From: Gammaproteobacteria bacterium
GTDB lineage: Bacteria; Pseudomonadota; Gammaproteobacteria; Eutrophobiales; Eutrophobiaceae
Reading direction: 5' to 3'
DNA: 64,000 bases
Assembly (NCBI GenBank): GCA_965222155.1
Contig: CBDCTH010000004.1
Location: 256,001-320,000, forward strand
Positions within the stretch are counted from its first letter, which is position 1; the number at the start of each line of letters is the position of its first letter. Positions 30,525 through 39,670 of the stretch are shown here, piece by piece. A program made the translations under genes and the position numbers. The notes under the pieces are model-generated. The model had not been told where the DNA came from, made no database searches, and saw only the letters and a program-made list of their open reading frames with translations.

Positions 30525-31453
30525 ATGTCTGATCTATATCCAGTTATTGAGATCCAGCCGGAATGGGTTCGTGACCCAGAGGAAATGGGAAGCAAGAAGA
30601 AGTTCTGGTATCGAGTTCCCGGGGGTTATTGGGTGAATACTGGCTTTTCAAATATCCCCGGGCAAAAACAGGGGAGCATTGGGCGGAGAAGATTGCTGCC
30701 GAAGTTGCGAAATTCCTGGATATTGAATGTGCTAAAGTGGAATTGGCACTATTTGCAGAAGAGCAAGGATCGGTGACGAAAGCGTTTACAGGTCTCGGTC
30801 AGGAATTGGTCCATGGGAATCAGATGTTGGCAGTGGTCGTTTACGGCTACGACTCTGAGGCAAAATATTGGCACTCCAGTCATACCCTGGCGAATATCAT
30901 GAAGGTTATGGATCGTGTTTTTGGAGGTAGTGAAAATGCTGAGGACATTGACATTGTAAAGAGCGAAGCTGTACTGAAAGCAAAACGTCGGATCGCAGAG
31001 TATGTGGTCTTGGACGCGTTAATTGGTAACGTAGATCGTCACCACGAGAACTGGGGAATACTTCGTAGACAGGTAAACGATCACTGGGAGGATTTCGTAG
31101 CTCCTTCGTTCGATCATGCATCCTCTTTGGGCCGGGAGCTTCATGATACTAAACGAGACATGTACTTGGCAAAGAATCGTGTCGGCGACTATGCCGAAAG
31201 AGGACACGGCGCGATTTACTGGTCGGAGGATAGCAAACGTGGTCCTAGCCCGCTGGGACTTGTGCGACAGGCAGTCAATTCTTATCCGGATATTTTCCGT
31301 CCGGTTAAGGCAAAGCTCGAAAAGTTGGATGTGAAAGCTATGGAGGAAAGCGTAGAGCGCACACCGGATGGGTGGATGTCATCACCTGCCAGAGAGTTTG
31401 CTATCGCATTGATGTGTTATAATTTTCAACAGTTACAGGATCTATTTCAATGA
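30525..31453 (+). pseudogene. HipA-like Ser/Thr kinase split by a one-base frameshift near G5 run 30621-30625
   Basis: MGSKKKFW in one frame, WLFKYPR...EHWAEKIA...DALIGNVDRHHENWG...APSFDHASSLG in another. Confidence 0.8.
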
Positions 31454-32199
31454 GTGCGAAGACCTTATTTCTGGCTTGGCAGGACAGCGATCCCAGCACG
31501 GCATGGTTTCCGGTGGGACAGTTGGATGCGGACGTTAAAGATTCTTCGTATCGTTTCCGCTATATCGGGGGAGCGAAGCGAGCACAAGAGAAAGCCGGGT
31601 TTCCTCTGCTCATCGAATTTCCCTCACTGGATGAAGATTACCAATCCTCGGAGTTGTTCCCGCTGTTTCAAAACCGGGTGATGAATAGGAAAAGGCCAGA
31701 CTTTGCCGACTATCTGGAAAGTCTTGACCTTTCCGAAGAGGTAGACCCAATTGAGATTCTATCAGTAAATGGAGGACAACGAGTAACGGACTCTTATGAG
31801 GTTTTTCCGAAAATCGAGAAGGACGAAACTGGATGCTTCACTTGTCGGTTCTTTCTGCACGGTTGGCGGCGTGTAAGTGACGCTGCCCAGGAACGAATTA
31901 GTCGTTTGGAGTCAGGAGAAAAACTTTATCTGACACTGGAATTGACTAATCCAGCGACTGGATTGGCAGTGCAAATTCAGACAGAAGACTACTATATGAT
32001 CGGTTGGGCGCCACGTTATCTGGTGACAGATTTATCTGCAGGCATGGCTGAATCACCTGAATATTCTGCCAAAGTGGTGCGAGTTAACCCCCCATCTGCA
32101 CCATCTATGCAGAGCGTTCTGATTGAAATGCGTGGTCGCTGGGAAGAGCACGAACCGATGAATACTGAAGATTTTACGCCTTTGGTCGACAACTCGTAG
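31450..32199 (+). CDS. HipS-like N-terminal domain + HIRAN domain protein
   Basis: LFLAWQD..WFPVGQL..YRFRY..ELFPLFQNRVMNRKRPDF; HIRAN-like FFLHGWR...LELTNP...IGWAPRYL; ATGA overlap with kinase. Confidence 0.75.
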   Translation: MSAKTLFLAWQDSDPSTAWFPVGQLDADVKDSSYRFRYIGGAKRAQEKAGFPLLIEFPSLDEDYQSSELFPLFQNRVMNRKRPDFADYLESLDLSEEVDPIEILSVNGGQRVTDSYEVFPKIEKDETGCFTCRFFLHGWRRVSDAAQERISRLESGEKLYLTLELTNPATGLAVQIQTEDYYMIGWAPRYLVTDLSAGMAESPEYSAKVVRVNPPSAPSMQSVLIEMRGRWEEHEPMNTEDFTPLVDNS

Positions 32200-32339
32200 C
32201 CAACTGGAATCGATCTTCAGCCTATCTTCATATCCCTGGCATTCGGTCATATTGAACATTCTCTGCTCAGAGGGTGGCGCAATCGTTTTAATCATCCAGC
32301 ACACCGAAGATCTGGTGGTATATCGCCATGCAATCGCCC

Positions 32340-32900
32340 TCAATCCTCTGGCGCCTCTGTCATGGGATTAAAAGTGGCGGTAATCCGGGTGGCTTCATCG
32401 TATAAGCCGGTCATGATGCTGATCAACTTGTTGGTATCATCGAGTTTTTCATCCACCCGGTCGATGTTTTTCGATTGTTCAATCAGGATACGCTTTCTTA
32501 ATTCGGCGTAATTCTGGGTCAAGCTTCTGCCTTTTTCAGTTACCCGGTAGATCGGGTTTTTCCTGTTTTGATCTTTTATCCTGTCGCATAACTCCATCTT
32601 TACCAGTTTTCTCAGGCAGTATTGAATGTTGGGAATATCGTCCCGGTTCAATTGCCGGGCAATGTCCGCGGCGCTCTTGGGCCGATCATGCATGCGGATA
32701 ATGTGGATGATGACGGCCTCTATATAACTCAACTCGCCCATGCCGGTCACGCCGGCAAGCTGTGTCACCCATCTTTCAAAGGCCTGCTGAAAACGCAATA
32801 TGCTCCACTCGAATTCCGTGGAAACGGCCTCATGGGATGAACTGGCAAGGTGCCATGCCCGATAATGGGATGCGTCAAAGTTGTCCTTTTTTTTCTTCAC
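32340..32900 (-). CDS. MarR-type winged-helix transcriptional regulator; start likely GTG 32900
   Basis: TEFEWSI, IARQLNRDDIPNIQYCLRKL, GLYDEATR; the longer ORF start lies in a MITE. Confidence 0.8.
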   Translation of the reverse strand: MKKKKDNFDASHYRAWHLASSSHEAVSTEFEWSILRFQQAFERWVTQLAGVTGMGELSYIEAVIIHIIRMHDRPKSAADIARQLNRDDIPNIQYCLRKLVKMELCDRIKDQNRKNPIYRVTEKGRSLTQNYAELRKRILIEQSKNIDRVDEKLDDTNKLISIMTGLYDEATRITATFNPMTEAPED

Positions 32901-32924
32901 CGTGGGGGTTTGCTCAGTTCGTTG

Positions 32925-33010
32925 AATATTTGGGGTCAGAGTAAAAATACTCAACAATAAATCAGCATCGCCTACCGATTAGATTAATTTTTACTCTGAC
33001 CCCAAATATT
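32925..33010. mobile_element. Miniature element with 24-bp perfect inverted repeats (AATATTTGGGGTCAGAGTAAAAAT)
   Basis: Perfect IR around a short core; second copy in inverted orientation at 57370-57456. Confidence 0.85.
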
Positions 33011-33144
33011 AGGGCGGATATATTCCGCTTACCCATGCTATAACTCCCTTAACAGAATTCATGTTTTATCGAAATTTTATTGAAAGTTAAAATGATATTA
33101 TCATATATCGATATGCTTGACCGCTTCCTGGAAATTAACCGATC

Positions 33145-33520
33145 ATGATGGAAACCTGCATCCCCTATGGCGCTTACTGGACCACCCCGTTTGCCAAGTG
33201 GCAGGGCAGCCTCGCCTACCTGCACAGCATGGAATTCGCCGCCCACGTCACCAGGCAGTTCCTGACAGATCGGTGCCTGGACGGAAAGCAGTTCGATCGC
33301 GGTCAATGACATCATTTTTGCCGGGGAAATGGGTATTGACGTCATGACCATGAATAATTACGGCTGTTCCCTGATCTGGGGCCACCCGCAAGGTCCGACG
33401 GGGATGCGCGCGGTGATAGAACTTATTGGGGAACTCATGCTGCTGGGCGGCGGTTACGGCCTGTTCCACGGTTGTGCTGCCGGTGATACCGCCATGGCAG
33501 TGGTAATCCGCGTGAGTTGA
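33145..33520 (+). pseudogene. Thiolase remnant with the central part deleted
   Basis: N-term IPYGAYWTTPFAKWQGSLAYLHS joined out of frame to AVNDI...NNYGCSLIWGHPQGPTG...GCAAGD. Confidence 0.85.
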
Positions 33521-35076
33521 TAATGGTTCAAACCGCTGACGGTCTGCCCAGAGTCTTTCCCAGCGTCGTTCACGCACTGGTGGACGCGGCAGCGAAAAGT
33601 CCTGGGCATGAGGCCCTGGTACTGGGCGGGGAACGGCTTAATTACCGGGAATACCTGCGCTGCGTTGCAGGCTTCAGCCGGGAACTGGAAACGCTCGGTC
33701 TGAACGGCTGCCGGGTTGCGTTGCTGATGGGCAATTCCATCGACATGTGTATCGCGCTGTTCGCCATCCATGCCGCGCGGGCGGAGGCGGTACCGTTAAA
33801 CCCGGTTTACACGACCCGCGAACTGTTTCCCATGCTGGAAGATGCCGAGGTATCCGCCGTTATCTTTGATGAGGCACTGGTGGACGTGGTCCGGGACCTC
33901 GCAGCCGAGTTGCAAATCAAACATCTTCTCGCTATAGGCAGCGACTACCGATTGACCGTATGGCGCGCCCGCAGCGATCTCGATACACTGGGTGATCTGC
34001 CGGAAGCAGAAGACCCGGCCACCCTGCAGTTTACCGGCGGCACCACCGGCAGGGCCAAGGGCGCCTGTATCAGTCATTATTCACTGTCCGTCAACGTGAG
34101 CCAGCGCGAGGCCATTTCCCCCACCCGGGATGACGTGGAGAGAACCTTGTGCATCATGCCGCTGTTCCATTGCTACGCAGTGTCCATGTGCCTGCACGCC
34201 ATGGTCTACCGGCGCGGCGCCCTGGTCATTCTGCCGCGTTATCATCCCGAGGAAGCCATTGCCGCCCTGGTGCGGGAGAAGATAACCCTGTTTGCCGGCA
34301 GCCCCACTATTTTCATCGGCCTGTTGAATTATCCCGGCTTTGCCGAAACCGATTTCTCCAACCTGTACATGTCCTCATCCGGATCGGCGCCCCTGGCGGG
34401 AAACGTCCTGAATGAGTGGGAAAGGATTACCGGCACGCCGATACTTGAGGGCTACGGCCAGTCGGAGGCGGGGCCGGTAATATCATTTAATCCGCTGGAC
34501 GGGGTCAGGAAACCCACTTCGGTCGGCATCCCCTTGCCCGCAACGGAAATCCAGGTGGTTGACCTGGAGACCGGCACAAAAATCCTGGAAACCGGGCAAA
34601 AAGGGGAAATCCGGGTAGCCGGTCCCCAGGTGATGAGTGGTTATCGAAACCGCCCGCAGGAAACGGCCCAGGCTTTGCGCGACGGCTGGCTGTACACGGG
34701 CGATATCGGCGAACTGGATGAGGAAGGCTACCTGTACATCCGCGCCAGAAAAAAGGAAATGCTCATCGTATCCGGCTATAACGTTTTCCCCCGGGAGGTC
34801 GAAGAAGTCCTGCACCGGAACCCGGGGGTGGAAGAAGCAGCCGTCGTGGCGAAAACGGACAGCTACCGCGGCGAATTGCCGGTCGCATTTATCGTGCCCG
34901 GGAAAGAGAACGGCGCAGATGAGGAATTATTGCGGCGCTATTGTACGGAAAACCTGGCGTCCTATAAGATCCCCGCGGAATTTCACTTCGTGGACAACCT
35001 GCCCAAGACTGTGGTAGGAAAAGTAGACAAAATCCAGTTGACCGAAATGGCAAACCGGAATCCGGTAAGCAAATAA
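33517..35076 (+). CDS. Long-chain fatty acid-CoA ligase
   Basis: FTGGTTGRAKG, EGYGQSE, GWLYTGDIG, LPKTVVGK. Confidence 0.9.
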   Translation: MIMVQTADGLPRVFPSVVHALVDAAAKSPGHEALVLGGERLNYREYLRCVAGFSRELETLGLNGCRVALLMGNSIDMCIALFAIHAARAEAVPLNPVYTTRELFPMLEDAEVSAVIFDEALVDVVRDLAAELQIKHLLAIGSDYRLTVWRARSDLDTLGDLPEAEDPATLQFTGGTTGRAKGACISHYSLSVNVSQREAISPTRDDVERTLCIMPLFHCYAVSMCLHAMVYRRGALVILPRYHPEEAIAALVREKITLFAGSPTIFIGLLNYPGFAETDFSNLYMSSSGSAPLAGNVLNEWERITGTPILEGYGQSEAGPVISFNPLDGVRKPTSVGIPLPATEIQVVDLETGTKILETGQKGEIRVAGPQVMSGYRNRPQETAQALRDGWLYTGDIGELDEEGYLYIRARKKEMLIVSGYNVFPREVEEVLHRNPGVEEAAVVAKTDSYRGELPVAFIVPGKENGADEELLRRYCTENLASYKIPAEFHFVDNLPKTVVGKVDKIQLTEMANRNPVSK

Positions 35077-35129
35077 CCGACGACCGTCGGGTGCAAATAA
35101 AATCAAGAAATATTGAGGTTGTCCGCCTT

Positions 35130-36302
35130 ATGCAGGAATACAATAACCCCATCCTGATCCAGCCCACAGGGGAAATACCCCGCAAAATCGGCATTATCGA
35201 CGCCGGCACCATCGGGCCGGATATCGGATATTACCTGAAAAGCGCCATCCCTGATTTAAGCCTGGTGTTGATGGATATCAGCCGGGAAGCCCTGCACCGG
35301 GCTGATGACACAGCCCGGAAGCTGAAGGACGCACGACACGAACCGGGATCTGCTAAAGGAAACAATTCAGGACACCCATGAAATGAAAACAATTCAGGAA
35401 AACAATTCAGGACACCCACGAAATGAAAGCTGGGAAGAAAAATGGGATACCCAGGGGAAATGGAAGACCATTAAACCAGGAGAGAGCGTAGCGGTCCCCG
35501 AAGCCTTGAATGCCATACACGATGACATGACTGATGAAATCCTGACCATCCTGAAGAAATATGAGAATGATCCGCAGACAACCGGTTTCGTCATCACCGG
35601 CTATGGCGCTACGGCATTTTCCGCAGGCGCCGACATCGGCAAGTTTCCATCGATGCTGGGGGACAGGAAACAATCCGTCGATTATGCCCGGGTGTGCTCC
35701 AGGTTGCTGATCTATCTGGATAACTGCAAGAAACCGGTAGTCGCAGCGTTGAACGGAATGGCCCTGGGCGGCGGCCTGGAACTGGTGATTCGTTGTCATG
35801 GAATCGTCGCCGCGAAAAACGCATGCTTGCAGTTTCCGGAGATTAGCCTGGGCATGGCGCCGGGTATCGGCGGCATGGTGGTGCCCTACCGACGCTGGCC
35901 CGCAGCCGCAGCGACTTTTCATACTATGCTGCTCAAAGCTGAAAAAATGACTGTAACGGATGCGGTCGAGCTGGGGATCATTGATAACCTGGCGGATTCG
36001 CATGCTACACTGCTCCCCGGCGCGACCCGATTGGTCAGGGAGCTAGCACAAAAACAACACGTGATTGCCGATACGCCAGTCGATATTGCGCCGCCGCCTG
36101 CCGTTGAGGACGAACCGCTCAGCTTTAATGGCCAAAGACTGAGCGCCAGGCCATCATAGATGCGGCGGCAGCCCCGTCACTGGACGAAGCATTGGAGATT
36201 GGCTATGCCGCGTCTGGCGAGAGCGCCTGCACGTCTGTCGCCCGTGAGGGCATAGGCGCGTTCATGGAAAAAAGAAAACCGGATTTTACTATCACCGGAT
36301 GA
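35130..36302 (+). pseudogene. 3-hydroxyacyl-CoA dehydrogenase/enoyl-CoA hydratase fusion, degraded
   Basis: Degenerate Rossmann IGIIDAGTIGPDIG; repeat insertion 35360-35425; crotonase AFSAGADI, ALGGGLEL, FPEISLG; frameshifted tail AREGIGAFMEKRKPDF ending 36302. Confidence 0.8.
35360..35425. repeat. Tandem AAACAATTCAGGACACCCA repeats
   Basis: Two to three imperfect copies; GGACACCCA core shared with 63685-63807. Confidence 0.7.
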
Positions 36303-36394
36303 AGCGGAACGAAAATGCAAAATACACCGCAGAAATGGGGACAGATTTAAATCTGTCCCTTGAGTAGGCCTGAGTAAGCATTAAGAGGAGAAAA

Positions 36395-36781
36395 ATGCAA
36401 AATACACCGGATCACGATAACGGCAATGTAGATGTCTATCATCACCAGGCGGATAACCTGCCGGCGCACGGCTCCCATGATAACGAAGTATTGTCGGAGG
36501 CCAGCGTCGCGGCCTATTGGCGCGCCAATATCAGCCTGTTGCTGAAGTTGCTTGCGGTCTGGTTCATCGTGTCCTACGGCTTCGGCATATTGCTGGTTGA
36601 CTGGCTGAACCAGGTCAGCCTGTTCGGGTTCAAGCTGGGGTTCTGGTGGGCGCAACAGGGTTCAATATACGTGTTTGTGCTGCTGATCTTCGTCTACGTG
36701 GGGCTTATCGGCAGGATCGACCGCAAGTTCGGTGTGGATGACTCCGGCGCAGATGACAACAGGCAGGGAGAACAGTCATGA
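36395..36781 (+). CDS. DUF4212 small membrane protein (solute:sodium symporter partner)
   Basis: AYWRANI, WFIVSYG, GFKLGFWWAQQGSIYVF; overlaps symporter start. Confidence 0.9.
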   Translation: MQNTPDHDNGNVDVYHHQADNLPAHGSHDNEVLSEASVAAYWRANISLLLKLLAVWFIVSYGFGILLVDWLNQVSLFGFKLGFWWAQQGSIYVFVLLIFVYVGLIGRIDRKFGVDDSGADDNRQGEQS

Positions 36782-38550
36782 CCACCCAGATGCTGACTTA
36801 CATCGTGGTCGGCCTGACCTTTGCCCTCTACATAGGGATTGCCGTGTGGTCAAAAGCATCATCAACCAAGGATTTCTACGTGGCGGGCGCCGGCGTGCAC
36901 CCGCTGACCAACGGCATGGCGACCGCAGCGGACTGGATGAGCGCCGGTTCATTCATTTCCATTGCCGGCATGATCGCTTTTTCCGGCTATGACGCCTCGG
37001 TCTACCTGATGGGCTGGACCGGCGGTTACGTCCTGCTGGCGCTGTTGCTGGCGCCGTACCTGCGCAAGTTCGGCCAGTATACGGTGCCGGACTTCATCGG
37101 CGAGCGCTATTATTCCGGTTCCGCCCGCGTGGTGGCCGTTATCTGCCTGGTTTTTATTTGCTTTACCTATGTGGCCGGCCAGATGCGCGGGGTGGGGGTG
37201 GTATTCTCCCGTTTCCTGGAAGTGGAAATCACTACCGGTGTGTTTATCGGCATGGCAGTGGTGTTCTTCTATGCCGTGCTCGGCGGCATGAAAGGCATTA
37301 CCTATACCCAGGTGGCGCAGTATTGCGTCATGATTTTTGCGTACATGGCGCCGGCGATCTTTATCTCATTGTTGATCACGGGCAACCCGGTGCCGCAACT
37401 GGGTCTGGCTTCCGAGGTGCAGGACGGCTCCGGTTTGCGAGTGCTGGAAAAACTGGACCTGGTGTTGGCGGACCTGGGTTTTGCCCCTTACACGGAAGGG
37501 ATTAAAAGCACTATCGACGTGTTTGCGATTACCATGGTGCTGATGGTCGGCACGGCCGGTCTGCCCCACGTCATCGTGCGTTTCTTTACCGTACCCAAGG
37601 TGTCCGATGCGCGCAAATCCGCGGGTTATGCCCTGATATTTATTGCCTTGTTGTATACGACTGCGCCTGCCATTGCCGCTTTCACACGACTGATTTTTAT
37701 AGACACGGTGAACAACACTGCCTACCAGGAAGCGCCGTCCTGGGTGAAGACCTGGGAAGATGTCGGCCTGATTGCCTGGCTGGATAAAAATGAGGACGGC
37801 AGGATTCAATATGCCGCCGGCGCTGCCTTCGATGGCGCGCCGGTCTTCATTGACGGCGCCGGCGAACACGGACAGAAGCTGGTCGACAACGCGCCGCTGG
37901 ACAATACCAACGAGGTTTATGTCGACCGGGATATCATGATGCTGGCCAGCCCGGAAATCGCTGAACTGCCGCCCTGGGTGCTGGCGTTGGTGGCGGCCGG
38001 CGGCTTGGCCGCTGCATTATCCACCGCAGCGGGATTATTGCTGGTGGTATCGACGTCTGTCTCCCATGACCTGCTCAAGAAGACTCTGAGGCCGGACATC
38101 AGCGAAAAACAGGAGTTGTTCTATGCCCGTATTGCGGCCGCGGTTGCCGTCTGCTTTGCCGGCTACCTGGGTATCAATCCGCCGGGGTTCGTCGCCCAGG
38201 TGATCGCTTTTGCCTTCGGTCTGGCTGCCGCATCGCTGTTCCCGGCCATTTTCCTCGGTATTTTTGTGCGTAATATGAACCGTGAGGGCGCCATTGCCGG
38301 TATGTTGAGCGGTCTCATGTTTACCGTTGCGTATATCGTCTACTTCAAGTTCGTCAATCCAGCGGCCAGCAACCCGGAAAACTGGTGGCTGGGCATTTCA
38401 CCGGAGGGTATCGGCAGCATCGGCATGGTGATCAATTTCGCCGTCGCGTTTACGGTCAGCCGTTTCACCGCGCAACCGCCGGAACATGTCAAGGCACTGG
38501 TCGATGACGTCCGGATCCCTGCCGGCGCAGGGGTGGCACACAGACATTAA
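36778..38550 (+). CDS. actP: Cation/acetate symporter, SSS family
   Basis: NGMATAADWMSAGSF, GGMKGITYTQVAQY, GTAGLPHVIVRFFTVP. Confidence 0.85.
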   Translation: MTTQMLTYIVVGLTFALYIGIAVWSKASSTKDFYVAGAGVHPLTNGMATAADWMSAGSFISIAGMIAFSGYDASVYLMGWTGGYVLLALLLAPYLRKFGQYTVPDFIGERYYSGSARVVAVICLVFICFTYVAGQMRGVGVVFSRFLEVEITTGVFIGMAVVFFYAVLGGMKGITYTQVAQYCVMIFAYMAPAIFISLLITGNPVPQLGLASEVQDGSGLRVLEKLDLVLADLGFAPYTEGIKSTIDVFAITMVLMVGTAGLPHVIVRFFTVPKVSDARKSAGYALIFIALLYTTAPAIAAFTRLIFIDTVNNTAYQEAPSWVKTWEDVGLIAWLDKNEDGRIQYAAGAAFDGAPVFIDGAGEHGQKLVDNAPLDNTNEVYVDRDIMMLASPEIAELPPWVLALVAAGGLAAALSTAAGLLLVVSTSVSHDLLKKTLRPDISEKQELFYARIAAAVAVCFAGYLGINPPGFVAQVIAFAFGLAAASLFPAIFLGIFVRNMNREGAIAGMLSGLMFTVAYIVYFKFVNPAASNPENWWLGISPEGIGSIGMVINFAVAFTVSRFTAQPPEHVKALVDDVRIPAGAGVAHRH

Positions 38551-38568
38551 TTAATAGAGAGTAAGGAA

Positions 38569-38673
38569 ACAGGTTCGGATAGGCTTTTCAAGACCCGCTG
38601 TAAATACGTCCCTGTACGCTTACCATCCGCTGTCCCTGCGGATGATAGTCTTGAAAAGCCTATCCAAACCTGT
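38569..38673. mobile_element. ~105-bp palindromic MITE-like element
   Basis: acaggttcggataggcttttcaagac ... gtcttgaaaagcctatccaaacctgt (26-bp IR, one mismatch). Confidence 0.7.
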
Positions 38674-38746
38674 CTTAACTTTATGTCTTCTGTGGCTTTA
38701 ATTGTTTTTTATCTGCGATAATCTGCGTAATCTGCGGATAAATGTA

Positions 38747-39670
38747 ATGAATATAACAAATGACAGATTCATAATTGCCGCGCTGTACAAGTTCGTCAGG
38801 TTGCCCAACTTCAGGGAGTTGAGACAACCCTTGCTGGATCGTTGTAGTGATCTCCGGCTCAAGGGTACTTTCCTGCTGGCGCCGGAGGGCATCAACGGCG
38901 CCGTCGCAGGCAGCAGGGAAGGCGTAGACGGCATCCTGGACTATTTCCGTTCGGAACCCCGTTTTGCTGACCTGGTGCACAAGGAATCCCGCGCCGCTGA
39001 ATGTCCTTTTCACCGGATGAAGGTAAAGCTCAAGCAGGAGATCGTCTCGCTGGGCGTAGAGGGAGTTGACCCGCAGAATCTCAGCGGCAGGTATGTGGAA
39101 CCGGAAGACTGGAATGCGGAAATCTCCCGGCCGGATACGCTGGTGCTGGACGTCCGTAACGAGTATGAATCCGGGATCGGCGGTTTTCAAAATGCCGTCG
39201 CGCCGCATACAGAAACCTTCCGCGAGTTCCCTGAGTACGTGGAGCAAAACCTCAATCCGGCGGAACATGCCAGGGTCGCCATGTTTTGTACCGGGGGTAT
39301 CCGTTGTGAGAAGGCATCATCTTACCTGCTGTCCCGGGGCTTCAGGGAAGTTCTCCAGTTACAGGGAGGCATCCTGAATTACCTGGAGAAAATCGACCGC
39401 AAAGACAGCCTGTGGGAGGGAGAGTGTTTTGTCTTCGACAGCCGGGTTGCCGTCAATCACGACCTCGGCGAAGGTGATTATGAGCAGTGCTTCGCCTGCC
39501 GCCGGCCGATTACCGAAAACGACATGGCCTCGGAAAAATACCGGTCTGGCGTGTCCTGCCCGCGTTGTCATGATAATTTGACGCCTGCACAGCGCCGCCG
39601 CTTCAGTGAACGCCAGCGCCAGGTCGAACTGGCGCAGAGGCGCGGTGAAAAACACATCGGTGAATCCTGA
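38747..39670 (+). CDS. trhO: tRNA uridine(34) hydroxylase (rhodanese-domain)
   Basis: AALYKFV, LAPEGING, DVRNEYE, MFCTGGIRCEKAS, GECFVFDSRV; ATG at 38747 (upstream codons come from a repeat). Confidence 0.9.
   Translation: MNITNDRFIIAALYKFVRLPNFRELRQPLLDRCSDLRLKGTFLLAPEGINGAVAGSREGVDGILDYFRSEPRFADLVHKESRAAECPFHRMKVKLKQEIVSLGVEGVDPQNLSGRYVEPEDWNAEISRPDTLVLDVRNEYESGIGGFQNAVAPHTETFREFPEYVEQNLNPAEHARVAMFCTGGIRCEKASSYLLSRGFREVLQLQGGILNYLEKIDRKDSLWEGECFVFDSRVAVNHDLGEGDYEQCFACRRPITENDMASEKYRSGVSCPRCHDNLTPAQRRRFSERQRQVELAQRRGEKHIGES

Noticed and set aside
30612-30632. Programmed -1 ribosomal frameshift in the kinase
   Set aside because: No canonical X XXY YYZ heptamer in the zero frame; a homopolymer indel is more parsimonious.
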